A stretch of DNA of 63,298 nt, counting the filler, from Bipalium vagum (Eukaryota): NCBI GenBank assembly GCA_037834085.1. It is 3 parts of 3 records of this genome, joined end to end, with 100 filler letters (N's around TTAATTAATTAA, not from the genome) between each part and the next. Parts side by side here need not be neighbours in the genome. Positions count along the whole stretch, not along the records: positions 28,985 to 46,026 come from JBBMKC010081038.1; positions 46,127 to 63,298 come from JBBMKC010076037.1; 1 more part is not named here. One strand, written 5' to 3'. Shown one piece after another: positions 37,219 to 49,799 of this stretch (positions are counted from its first letter, which is position 1; every line of letters begins with the position of its first letter). Below the pieces are notes generated by a model that saw only the letters and a list, made by a program, of their open reading frames with translations, was not told where the DNA came from and searched no databases. The position numbers were made by a program, and so were the translations under genes.

Positions 37219-37986
37219 ATGACTGAGAAAATACGAGTTAGTTTTACTATCAATTTTACTATCAAAAATCTTATTGAAGAATTGTCAAGTTGATTTACTA
37301 CAATCTGCGAGGTCGAGCGGAACTCATCAGGTATGTCTTACTGGCTGCGAATATTGAATTTGAGGAAGAAAGAATTGAAAGACCACAATGGCCCTCAGTA
37401 AAGAAAAATTACAATTTACCCGCCGGTCAGATTCCGGTAATTATACTAACAGATGGAACAATTTTAAACGAGAGTCTGGCTATTGCTCGATTTTTTTCAA
37501 ATCTACATAATTTGGGAGGATCGAGTCCCACGGATAAATATAAATGTGACCGAGCAGTTTATACCGTAATTTAAAAGACTTTTTTACTTTTTAACTTCTT
37601 TTATAGTTAGAAGACTTATTCAAAAACTTCGCTTTGATATATCACGAAAAAGACGAAAATAAAAAGTGTTCCTTGAAGCACGATTTAGAAGAAACTATTT
37701 TACCTAAATTTCTAAAGGTATTATTTATATATCATTTTTCAGATATTATTTATAAATTATTTTTTATTTTAAGACATTAACGAGCTATCTTAAAGAAACA
37801 AAGGGTCCATTCTTTTTGGAAGGAAGTCCTAGTTTCGCAGACTTACATTTGTTGAATGTGCTTGATAATATCGACATATGGAAATATAAAGAGTATGCGG
37901 AAATCCAGGAATGTTGTGCAAAAGTTCTCGAACATTTTCCTCAGATCAAAAAGTATCGAGATCAATATCCTAAATTTCCAATATAA
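37219..37986 (+). CDS. Sigma-class glutathione S-transferase, copy 1 (205 aa); exons 37219-37236, 37290-37565, 37607-37717, 37774-37986
   Basis: GT-AG phase-0 introns. MTEKIR|LIYYNLRGRAELIRYVL...LPAGQIPV...LNESLAIARF...DRAVYT|LEDLF...LPKFLK|TLTSYLKETKGPFFLEGSPSFADLHLLNVLD...PKFPI*. Catalytic Tyr and the SxAD N-cap are present. Confidence 0.93.
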
Positions 37987-39034
37987 AATTTAGATTTGAC
38001 TCTGGTTTAATATTGTATGATCCAAAAATCTACATTGTAATATATATGTGGATGAGAATATGTTTTTTTTAAAATAATGATAGTGGTAATTTTGGTGAAA
38101 TTTTAAATATAAATAAAGTATAATTATAAAAATTATTATAAAATTATATTGTTTATTAAAATTATATTATTTATTATATAATTATAAAAATTATCTGGTT
38201 TTCATTATTAAAATTAAACATGAAAATGAATAGAAGATAATAAAATCCCATTTTTATCAAATCAGTAAATCTCCGAAATACTCTTAAGGCTTGATCTATT
38301 AAAGATTTTTGGGATCTATTGTGTAAAGTAGTTGTGAAGCATACCCCACAAGCAGATGATAACGAAAATTGGAAATTCCATCAAGACAGTCCAAGAAGAG
38401 CACAAAAAATCCCAGTTAATAAAGATTTGAGCAAAAATAGAAGTAAAGGAATTGAATTTTAATAGTAATAAAAAATGTTACGAGTTCAAACCAAAAGGAA
38501 CTGTCAAAACGAATTTTCTTGATAAGAAAACTAGATGATAACAGAGTTTTACACCAGATAGAGTCGAAAAAGATTCAGAAGGTTGGTCTTCGCCAATCTT
38601 ATGCAATATTTGTCAAAGAAAGATATCTTATAATTACGAAAAATTTTAATAGGAAAAATTAAGAAAGTTTTAGAAGAATTTATTTATTTAAATCAATAAA
38701 TTAAAAGAATCAGAGAAGGTATAAATTGTAAATCTATTTTCAATAAAACAAATTTTTTCACTAAAAATTTATAACTTAACATGAGAAATGACTCTAAGTC
38801 TCTTTTCGCTCCTAAAACTCAGCAAAATTGAAGATTTAGTCCAAACAGAAATATATTAGAATTTTAAAATTGAAAGCTCATTTTTAAAATAATATTTAGT
38901 TCCATTGTTTTAATATTGTTTATATCGTCCTTAATAGGCAAAACTTTTAAATTCAATTTAAAGTCAAAAATCGATGTCAAGACAAACAATAATTTTTTAA
39001 AAAATTGTATTAAATTTATTTAACGTAATTAGAA

Positions 39035-40036
39035 ATGAATGAAAATTTCCCAAATGACGCTCATTTTCGGCATTTTATGCTAGAAACGTCTAAGCGAGTT
39101 TAAATGAGATTCAAATGACACCGTTGACACCAAAAATATCAACGAAGTTCAGGTGAAATACTTGATGTCTTTTTTGCAAATGCAAAAAATAGTTCGACCG
39201 GATTTGCAATAGCGATCTCAGTTTGGAAAACAAACGACGAGAACATCGACAATCTGTGGTGGATAATAATGTGTTAAAGACTATCATCGAAACAGATCCT
39301 ATAAAAATATTAAAAGAATTACCAGTTCTATTAAACTGTAGTGTCAGCAATAAATAGAACTACGTAAAAGAGATAAGTAAAAGCAATAGGTGTAGTATTT
39401 GGGCTCTTCATGATTTTATCCCAGAACAGAGGCATAATCGAGTTCAGATCCATTGGTCATTATTCATTAGACATTTAAAGGAACCATTCTTCAAAGGGGT
39501 TAATAATTGGAGATGAAAAGTGAACAATGTATTAGAATCCACATAACGAAAATCAGTGGTTATCTCCATCCCAGTGGCGAAAGCGGAACTTCATCCAAAG
39601 ATGGTATTATTGAATGTCTTTTGGGATTAAAAAGAAACAATTCACGTTGGATTATTGGAAGTGGATCAAACAATAAATTCCGATGTACATTGCGAAATTC
39701 TTGACTGTTTGAGAGATGTATTAATTGTGAAATGTCTTGCATTGTATAACAGAAACAAAAAAATTTTTCATCACATTGCAAAGTGACACATTAAGAACGC
39801 ATTAAGTGACGCGCTAAGACATCGCGCCTTCGAATTCCTATTTGTTCTTATCTTTACAACATTTCCTTCGTGGCAAAATGTTTGACAGAATTCATGTTAT
39901 CGAAACTGCCCTGACTCAGTTCTTTAATGAAAAGCCCAGTCCTTGGTGCTACAATGGCATCGAAAGTTTGATCAAACGTTGTGAATAGGTTGTAGATAAA
40001 AATGGAGAATATATACATGTAATTGATTGACCTCGT
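39035..40036 (+). mobile_element. Decayed mariner between GST copies 1 and 2
   Basis: Frameshifted LIIGDEK*...NQWLS...AKAELHPKMVLLNVFWD...QTINSDVHCEIL. The 3' end ngEYI is followed by TIR-like taattgattgacctcg at 40021-40036. Confidence 0.75.
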
Positions 40037-40725
40037 TTTTTTGTATAAATAAATTAAAATATTCTGAAAAAACGAACTTTCAATTGAAAACTTTAATATA
40101 CCCAAACACTTTCTTGTTCATCAAATCAAAGTTAAGTATTAAACGACTATCAGTCATATTTACCATATTTATCACATTTTTTCAATTCTTCTTAATTTTT
40201 CTCATTTTTCAATTTTTTAAAATTTTGACTTAAATATTTCAATGCAATGATTGAAAAGAAAATAGATGGGTTTCTTTTTTATATTTATTATATTTGAAAG
40301 AAATCATAAAACAAAGGTATGATATAAAACCTTGAACAAATCGTTCTAAATTAGGACCAACCCTTTCGTCTAATAGTACTCAAAAAATAAGACAGCAAAG
40401 TAATATAATGAAATCCAGTCACAATAGAACATGTAGTAAAAGTTAGATTCAGGTGTAAGGTTCACTTCTCAACTACTAATACTTCATTTATTATACAATT
40501 ATTCAATCAGTATAGCTTATATAAATAGCTAAGCAATATTGGTGAGAAAAATTTAGCAGAAAATGTTTAGCAATCATAATTCATCAGTGCAACATCACAA
40601 ATTTTTCTAGAAGATTCTTAACAACCATTTGAGTATGACAGTTAGCGACCAGTGTAACATTCTGAAGACACTTAATATTTCAATGCTATTAACCTTTATT
40701 TATTTAAGTTTTTTTGAAAAATCAA

Positions 40726-41463
40726 TTAGAATTCAGTAACTGGTCTTTGGGCTTTGTAACTCGCTAATTGAGGATAATGTTTCAATACTTTATCATAACA
40801 ATTGAGAATTTTTGGAAAGTCATTGAACTGATAATCAAAATGGTCTAGTACATTTACCAATTGCAAGTCAGCGTATGAAGGTTGACTTCCTAGAAAAAAG
40901 TCTCCAGGCTCATTTAAATATCTTGTCAGTCTCTGGAAAAAATAACTCATAAATACATAACATCATTTGATACATACTTTTAGGAAAACTGGTAAATGAA
41001 CTTCTTTTAGATTGTTTTTGAAGTTTTCCTTTTCTGTTTTGTCTTTTATGTAAAAAGCATTAAGAGCTTTCTCTAACAACTCTTCAAGCTAAGGTCATTT
41101 TATATTAGAAAACCACTTTAAGAAAATTACTGTAGAATATGCCCTATCAACTCTATATTCATCTAATTCTGTTGACCCTGCTAAACCATTCTTTCTGGCA
41201 AAAAAGCGTACAATAGCTGAACTTTCATTCAAGATCAAACCCTGTGAAAGTTCGACAAATGGTACTTGGTCGCATTGACTTAGAGGCTTCATTTTAGCCC
41301 ATTCTTCCACAGATATGCGATTATCTTCGAAATCCACATTGCTGGCTATTAAAATAAGTCGAATAATTTCACCTTTCCCCTTTGAATTGAAATATGTTAA
41401 CTAAATAAGTAACATTATTAATGTGATTATTGAATTAATTTTAACTTTGATTCTGTCTGTCAT
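40726..41463 (-). CDS. Sigma-class glutathione S-transferase, copy 2 (201 aa); exons 41463-41446, 41400-41131, 41088-40978, 40932-40726
   Basis: GT-AG phase-0 introns at the same positions as copy 1. MTDRIK|LTYFNSKGKGEIIRLIL...DQVPFV...LNESSAIVRF...DRAYST|LEELL...LPVFLK|RLTRYLNEPGDFFLGSQPSYADLQL...RPVTEF*. Confidence 0.93.
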
Positions 41464-42522
41464 CTTTGTTATATATAATGTGTACTAAACCATTTATAAA
41501 CCTAAGAAAGGTGGTGTGTTATATTGAAAAATATGTTTATTCAAGATTACCTGAAATATGTAGTTTTGTGATTGTGACAGCGAAATCGTAAAATCTAGAC
41601 AACGGAAAGTTCTTATCACTTTATAATCTCTAAATGTTTAATAGTCAGATCACATTATATTTAGTCTGTGTACGGTTTTAAGTAATTTTAATGTATAAAA
41701 GTAATTTCTGGATTGCTATGTAATTGTTATTTGACTTTAACTGTTTCAAATAAACCAATCATTGTTTAAATATCATTTCTAGATTGTCGATAAATCCTAT
41801 AAACAATCTGTAAGATAATTTCACAGATTGCTTGTTTCGTTTTTGTTTATCTGCAATGAAAATCAAAATGAAAATCAATTTTTTTATTGTGGAAGGAGAA
41901 TGTTTATAACATTACATGTATATGTTAAGAAAACCTTCAAGTAAAGGAAATACCGAAAATGATTTCTTGAATTCAATAACAATAAGTTCCCACTGAAAGG
42001 TGTTTTTCGTTTTCCTTATAAATCGACAATTACTTTAAGATGATAAATAATAATTTTATTATCAATTATAAAATTTTAGTATTTTCAATATTTATTTTTC
42101 ATTTAACTCATTTTAAAAATATGATCTTTTAAAGTAAAGTTCTTGGTCAAAATTAATATTTGGAGTATGTCATTTTATGAGATCACTCGAATTAATTATT
42201 GTCAAATCCTAATAAAAATAGCTGACAGAAAAGAGTAAAAATAATTGCAGTAAGCGACATCCTGGTTTATATAAATATTCACAATTGAAATATGAGAAAA
42301 TCTTACGTAACCCTAACCTTGTATCACCTAAAAGAAATATTTAATGAAGCATGTTTTGAACAAAGTACTGCATATTACTGAATAGTCATAAATATCGAAG
42401 TAAATGTCTGTATCTATTGGTAGTGTCATTTAGGACATTTAGGTTCATGACATGGTTTTTGACCTTCTTAACTTACTATTTATTATACGACGATAACCAT
42501 AAAATTATTTTAAAGTAATTCC

Positions 42523-43278
42523 ATGTCACAAAAAGTTAAAGTATTAATTTAATTAATTTCGGCATTTGGTATTTTATTTTTTTTCAGATTACCTACTTCA
42601 ATTTGAGAGGGAAAGGTCAGTTAATAAAATATATATTATTAGTAGGAGGAATCGAATTTGAGAATGAAATAATTGAAATGGAAGATTGGTCTAAATATAA
42701 ACCAACAACGCCGGTCGGTCAATTGCCGCTAGTTACATTGCCCTGTGGAACAGTGCTGAATGAAAGTTTAGCCATTGCTCGATACTTTGCTAAACAGGCT
42801 AAGTTGGTTGGATGTGACGATATGGAAAATTATTATATTGATCGGGCCGTGTATACTGTATATATTTATAATTTATTATTTTGATATTCATTTTCCAAAT
42901 AATTGACAGATATATGATTTGTATGTGAAGTATTTCGAAATATTTATGGAACCAGATGAAGAAAAGAAATTGATAATGAAAGGGGACCTGAAAAAGACAG
43001 CCATGCCAGTGTTTTTAAAAGTTGAAAATTGATGAGAGATTAAGATTAATTTTTATTGAATTCAGGCTCTGAATAATTATCTTAAAGAAAAAGAGGGACC
43101 TTTTTTCCTGGGAAATAAATTAAGTTTTGCTGATCTTTATTTGTTGAGTATTTTGGATAATGCTGATGAAGAGGACTATAAATGCTATCCAGAAATTATA
43201 AAGTGTTTGCAATCTGTCTTGGAAAGCTGCCCTACTCTGGTCACATACCGGGCAACAAGAAAACCTTCCCCAATTTAA
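42523..43278 (+). CDS. Sigma-class glutathione S-transferase, copy 3 (203 aa); exons 42523-42540, 42588-42857, 42910-43020, 43066-43278
   Basis: Same intron positions. MSQKVK|ITYFNLRGKGQLIKYIL...KPTTPVGQLPLV...LNESLAIARY...DRAVYT|IYDLY...MPVFLK|ALNNYLKEKEGPFFLGNKLSFADLYL...RKPSPI*. Confidence 0.93.
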
Positions 43279-44454
43279 AGCAATGTCACATTCTTTATTT
43301 TAATACATTTTTATTTAGTTTCTGTTTTGACATCTTTGCAAGTTTTGTTTCTATTGTTGAGAAAGACTGTTTAAGACAATTTTTATGATTAAAATTTTAG
43401 AAAATACCAAATGGTTGATTCAATGTAGACTAATTTGTCATTTTCGAAGAATTTTTACACTAATCAAATTTTAATTTCTCAAAATTATCTTTTATTGTGA
43501 AATAAAACTTGTTCAATTTTATATGATTCAAAAATTTTATTGACAGCTTAGCTAGCGGTGCGAGAAAGCTTTAAAATGCAATCATGGTTATTATTAATAT
43601 ATATAATAATTAAGAAAAAGAAATTTATATTAATATTACGCTATATCACTTGAAGTTTGTCATTTGACAAAACCTAAATTAGTGAACTTTTTTTATATAG
43701 GTTATATAAATAAAACAAAATTTTCACTTGAAAATTATAGTTCGTTGATAAAATATGATTTAACATGTGGTCTTACATTGAAGCTATGTGTAGATCGACT
43801 CTGAGAGTTATAGCCTGAAGACGCATTTCAAAACAAAAGAAGCGTTCAACTTTAACTCGTAGCGCAGACGAAATGAATGTTGTTTATACCAAAATAACTC
43901 ATAATTGTACAACAGGTCAATTGAGGGTTAACCTTAAAATATACTCTAATTTGCTAAATCTGGTTGCGAATAATTTAGATGCTTAAATTTACGGCTCCCA
44001 CAAATAAAAATAAACAAAATTAACTTGGAAGATGTATTTTGACAAAAAGATATTTTTAATATTATAAATTGTTAATTATTAACAATTTTAATTATTAACT
44101 TATGAATTTAAAATTACAAGTCAAGAATAATTTATCACTTCGGAGTAAATAAAGTGTCCTTTGATAAAAACTAGTTTGATGGAACTGCACGCGATTAGAC
44201 AAAATATAAGAAACAAGAAAAAAATATTACTTTCATTAAACGATTAATTCTTATTGACTCTGGTTTATTCTTGACTCATCTGTTTACAAAACTGTAATTC
44301 GCTTGAACGTTATTTTCCTTATGTTTGACTAAATTAAAGTTATGATTAATCAAAATCTAATTAATTAATTATTGTTATTATAGATTTCATAAAATCTTTA
44401 TTTACCCTTTTTACTTTTATCTTAATTCTCCGCGTATTACGAACACAATACTAC

Positions 44455-45070
44455 TAGGTTGTTTGGAAAGTCTTTGTGCATAAAGTCAACATTTTTTTAA
44501 CAAAGGATTTTACAAAAACAAAACTGCGTCATTCTGCAAAATGCAAACCACCATTTTCTTTGACAGCTCCTCATCGTTCTGCAAGCAATTCATTTTGTCT
44601 CTAATAGTATTCCTTCTGTTTAGAGGTAAAGAACATCTGGCTTACCGATTCTACCTCGTTAAATGTATTGAACTGCCGACCACGTATGAAAGCAGCCATG
44701 GAACTGAATAAGCTGTAATCTGATGGTACGATATCCGGAATGTACGCAGGATGCGGTAAAACTTCTAGTTCTCCTAATTCCTTCAAATTTTGTTGAGCTA
44801 CTCGAAAGTTGTGTGCAGACCAATATCATGCTGATAAAGTAAACGCCCTATGTCACTAAAGCTGGATAAAGATTGTTCAAAACGGTTTATACTCGATCAA
44901 TTTGCTCAGGATAAAGACAGTCGTCTACATGTCTGCCACTTGGAACAAGTTCAATGTATATTGTACCTCGAAATTCAACCAAACACACAACATTACCTTG
45001 TTTCCGAAACGACCCAGTCTTATCTCTGGTAAAGGATGTGTTCCTTGTGAAGCGCATTGCACTTAACAAT
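44455..45070 (-). mobile_element. 3' half of a mariner remnant
   Basis: ELGELEVLPHPAYIPDIVPSDYSLFSSMAAFIRGRQF (cf. YSPDLAPSDY). TIR-like taggttgtttggaaagtc at ~44455. Confidence 0.8.
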
Positions 45071-46026
45071 TTTTTCCTAAATCTCTTGTCAACTGGTTTA
45101 TAAGAAATAAGTAGAACAATTAATTTGTTTGAATTTTTTTAAATAAGGACCTCGTGCATAAAATTAACAATTATTAAATGTTTTAATTTAAAATTTTTAA
45201 AAAGTTATGTTACGTTTTTTAAACTTTTAAATAAATATTTTAAATAAATGTTGCTTAATTTTAAAAAAGTAAGTAATTTAATTTTAATAAAAGGTGAGGT
45301 CCAAGTTTGAAAAGTTTGTTTAATTAATTGGATTTAATGAAATATATTAATTGCTTTATTATTATTATTATTTATTATTGTTGCTTTGATTTTGAATTCT
45401 TATTTACAAATGACTAAACAAGAATATAACTTGGTTTTTGAAGGAGCTGATTGCAAATTTCAATTTGTTTTTTACTTGCGCGACTATAATCTGATGTGGA
45501 TTTTGTCTTGATAATTTAATATTCATATTTAATGTAAATTTTATGTTCATAGACGGTTGACTTAGGAATTGCAAGTTTTTCGAAAATTCTCCACAACTTG
45601 AATATGGTTAGACGACCTGGTCAGGATTTGTCAACTAGAAGCATTTTAACTAGATTGTCGAGGTATTTCAATAGATTATACCTTTAGTGGTGGAAAATAT
45701 TTTTCTGACACTTGTTTTTTTTTGATAAAAGATGAATTAATATCTTTTTTTTGAAACTTATTAATATTTATTGTTTCCGCTTGCTAATTAGATACTTACT
45801 TCGCAAATTAAATTGGCACTAAGTGCGACTGATTTTTCTTCTGATTTATTGTTTTCAAAAGTGTTGGGTTTACCAAGACACCCCCCCCCGGGGAAAAATA
45901 AATAATAAAAATGATAAATAATGCATAAATAATAATAATAATAATAATAATATTAATTAATTAAAAAATTAATTAGTACTTGAAAATCATTGAAAAATTC
46001 CCAGAAATTTTATTTTTAAAATACTT

Positions 46027-46126
46027 NNNNNNNNNNNNNNNNNNNNNNNNNNNNNNNNNNNNNNNNNNNNTTAATTAATTAANNNNNNNNNNNNNNNNNN
46101 NNNNNNNNNNNNNNNNNNNNNNNNNN
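46027..46126. other. Artificial 100-nt assembly spacer
   Basis: 44N + TTAATTAATTAA + 44N. Confidence 0.95.
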
Positions 46127-48257
46127 TTTACTGATTGTTTTGATTTGCACCACCTAAGATTTTGGAGTCAGGTTAAATTTGATACCCTAAATATTGAACA
46201 AAAATAATAAATAAATAATAATTATAATAATAATGATGAGAATAATTTTTCTTTATTAATAATATTAAAGTCCACAAAGTAGAGACTGGTAGATTATTTT
46301 AATCTTTCATAATCTCAAAATAATAAAAATAATTACTTATTTCCTCCATGATAATTCTGATTTTAAATCTTAATTTTTATTAGTCCATTGTGGCGAACCA
46401 ATCAAAAAACGGGAAATATACTATACCATAGCCGATAAATGAAATGAACAGTTTCCGTTAACAGCAGAAAATTTCTTTAATTCTTTTTGTCAGAAAGCTA
46501 TTTGTATCTGAAGATCATTTGAATTTTGAAGATTATAATTTACCAAGGAGAAAGTGGAGAAATTTTATTATTTTTTGAAGATATATCACCTTAGCAATAT
46601 GTCATTATACTCAACATGATTAAAAATGGATCATGTTGATCTCTATTGAATTTGAGCGAATAGTCTTCATGGATTTTGGTTTTCTTTCATATTTATTTTA
46701 CTTTAATTGAGTTGTTATTTATATTGATAACCGATTACCATTTATTTGACACTATTTCTCAACTGATTAACGTAACCTATTGTTTTATTTGTTAAATAGA
46801 TTTAACGATTCACTTAATTAAAAGTTTTAACGTGTTTTATTTTTATAATACTTTGTATAACCATGGTCTGCTCCAATTGTTTATCCACTGCTTATAATTT
46901 TATTTTATTTATTGATTTGTTTGTTTTATTTACCGAAATTAATCAGATCAAAACTATAAGAGATGTGAAAAGTTAATAACGAGTTATATTTTTAACACAA
47001 AGTTCCAAAGAAATTCTTTATCAAAATGTTTACACACAAAATTTTATGATATAAATTTTTAATGACCGAAATGATTACTGTGGAGGTAGTCTGCACAACA
47101 TAAAATTTCTACTATAGTTAAATGATGGTTCAGTGATTTTTGATATCAGCATATTCATCAGATTAAATTGAATGTCTTTCCTGGCTTTTATCCTTTAAAT
47201 ACTAATTATTAGAATACTCAAATTTTAAAATTAATTAACAGTAAACTCTAAAAACGCACAAACAGTAGTCTCCTTTTCTATAAAGTAACAGTTCACTTCA
47301 GACATCTCACGAAAAGGAAAATATCCAAGCATTGAATAATTTGGTGTACAAATGCCAGGGTTTCAAGGTTTCTGAATTATGAAGAGTTTGAAAAGAAATC
47401 AATGTTCTTACTCGGTTTGAAGACCGAATAAAACATTAAAAGGACATTATTTAAACATAAGTTTAAAATATCTAATCAGCTAAATTTTTTTATTTCCAAA
47501 TATTTTGTACTTCACTTTTTATGAATCTTTTTGTAGAGTACACCTAATGAGAAGGATATTCATTCTTCTATAATTCAACAAACAATTGCATGAAAAAATT
47601 TTTTATTGCTTTTATTATCTGAATTCATGAAACTGATCAGCTCAAAATGATTCATTTCCGACTTTTAAGGCTTAAATCTGATTAAGTTAACCAATAAAAG
47701 AGCAGGATTTTCATTGTAACTCACACTTGTCTTAAAAATATCTTCTTTTACATCTATAGAAATAAATTTGTTATTTGTTTTCATTAACGTCCTTTTTTAA
47801 CTTTTATTTAAAGATTGAAACAAGAATTGTCATTTAAATACTTTTGTTTAAAACTTTTGATTATAAATTTCATCGCGAGAAATCATGAATTACTAAATTA
47901 AAATTTTAAGTGAAATTTCAAATTCATAAATCGATAAGTAAATACGCTGTTATTTTTTTATTAATTCATAAAATTGAGCAAAACAAAAAACTAAAAAATT
48001 GAAAAATGGAATTTTTATCCACAGACAAAGTAAAATAATCAGAACCGTAACTATGGGGTACTGCTGAGATCTGAAATATATATATTGCTACACATCAAGA
48101 GAATCACTCAAAGACCAACAAATCCCTATTCGAGAGACACATGTTGGAATACCCAAGGTATAACCGATCATGTACTCCAAGTACGCACGAAAAAATTTTT
48201 TTTCAATAACAACTTATCTTCGAACATTACCTAGCCCCATTTTCTGTTGAATTCCGA

Positions 48258-48984
48258 CTAGTTACCTTTATCTTTGATCATGTTATCCGGGGTGCTGTCT
48301 AATTCATAATTGTCGGAATGGTCGACCTTTTTTATTTTTACCGAATTTAAAGCGCCTTTGGAACTTCCTGATTGCAATGGAGCCACACTGTCCATTGCAA
48401 TAGACCATATGTTCCTACATGAATTATTATTATTGGTGGCTTTATCGTCTTTTACGTCGTTGGACAATAAGTTGCTTCCAGATGGTGCGGTTGTTTCGTT
48501 TTTCATGGAAGATATTTTGTTGGAATATTCAGTGATCATCACAGAAAAGCCATTCGATGTGACTTCAAATTTCTCAAAGTTCCGTCGATCTATACCTTTT
48601 ACTTTTTTGAAATATGTGGTAAATTGGGACTTGTTATCCTCGGCTTCTACCTTGAATACAGAGTCCTTTCGTTTCTTACAAATATCTTCATCTTTATCTT
48701 TCGAAAAAACTTTCTCTAACTGTTCTTGCATTTGAATGACAGAATTTGTTAATTTCGGTTTGCGAGTAGATGTGCCTTTTCGTGTATAGCATACTTCACA
48801 TTTAAACGATTCTTGTGGGTTTTTATATGTACATGCAGTACATTCCCAAGTTTCATCCACATCAACCCGAGATCTTCGTTTTAGTCTAAATGTGAAATAG
48901 ATTGAGAAAATAAATATAAAGGAATGTGGAACTATATGTTTAAAGAAAATTATTTGGAAACCTTTTCGAATTTGTTTCAGACAT
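48258..48984 (-). CDS. RYBP: RYBP/YAF2 homolog (Polycomb PRC1-associated; RanBP2-type zinc finger plus YAF2_RYBP C-terminal motif); exons 48984-48962 and 48885-48258
   Basis: Phase-2 GT-AG intron. MSETNSKR|LKRRSRVDVDETWECTACTYKNPQESFKCEVCYTRKGTSTRKPK carries the RYBP signature RKGTSTRKP. KKVKGIDRRNFEKFEVTSNGFSVMITEY matches the C-terminal LKNVDRS...VTVGNVTVIITDF motif. Confidence 0.9.
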
Positions 48985-49799
48985 TTTAAATAATTTATTT
49001 TCGTAAGAAATATACAAACAAAAATGTTTTATGATGAATTTTTTAATTAACAATTCACTAATGTCAACTCAAAAACGGTTTATATGTAATACATGTTTTA
49101 ACTATATCGAAGGTTGATACAAAAAATATAAATAATTTATAATTAAATATTTATCACCTTTAATAAGTAAATAACATCTGATTTTTTAAAATATTTATTC
49201 TTGTATTTTAATAATATTTGTAAGATGATTAAGTAACATTCGCCTATCTTATATGTTTAAAATAACTTTATTATCTATATAACAATAAAATCTTAAATTT
49301 AATTACACAAAAATATAATTTATCAACTTCTGCATAATAAGTCTTTCAATATCCATCACATATATTAAGGTGATAATATTTTATATTAACCAAGATATAA
49401 TAATCTGACTCTTGTTTTATATGATAAGGTTCGATAATAATCATGTGAAAATAAAATAATGCATTAAGTTTTTTAAATATTTTAATTTATTATTCTTTGG
49501 AAAATAATAATGAAAATAATTAGTAAAACATCTAAACCTTTCAAAATTTTACATAATCAATTGTAAGAGGTCAACAACTCCTTCAAATCGTACCTCAGCT
49601 AGTTCATTATAACAAAAATATTTTGTCCCACTTAGGTTCTCTAAGTACAACACGAAACCAATAGTCTCAATAAATAATCACAATAAAGCTTCTAATCTCA
49701 GGACAATTCAGATTCTAATAGTACAGTATACCAATCTGTTTGTGAGGATTATTAATAAAATTAAGAAATCAATTCAAAATGATTTGTTGTTTAAATAAT

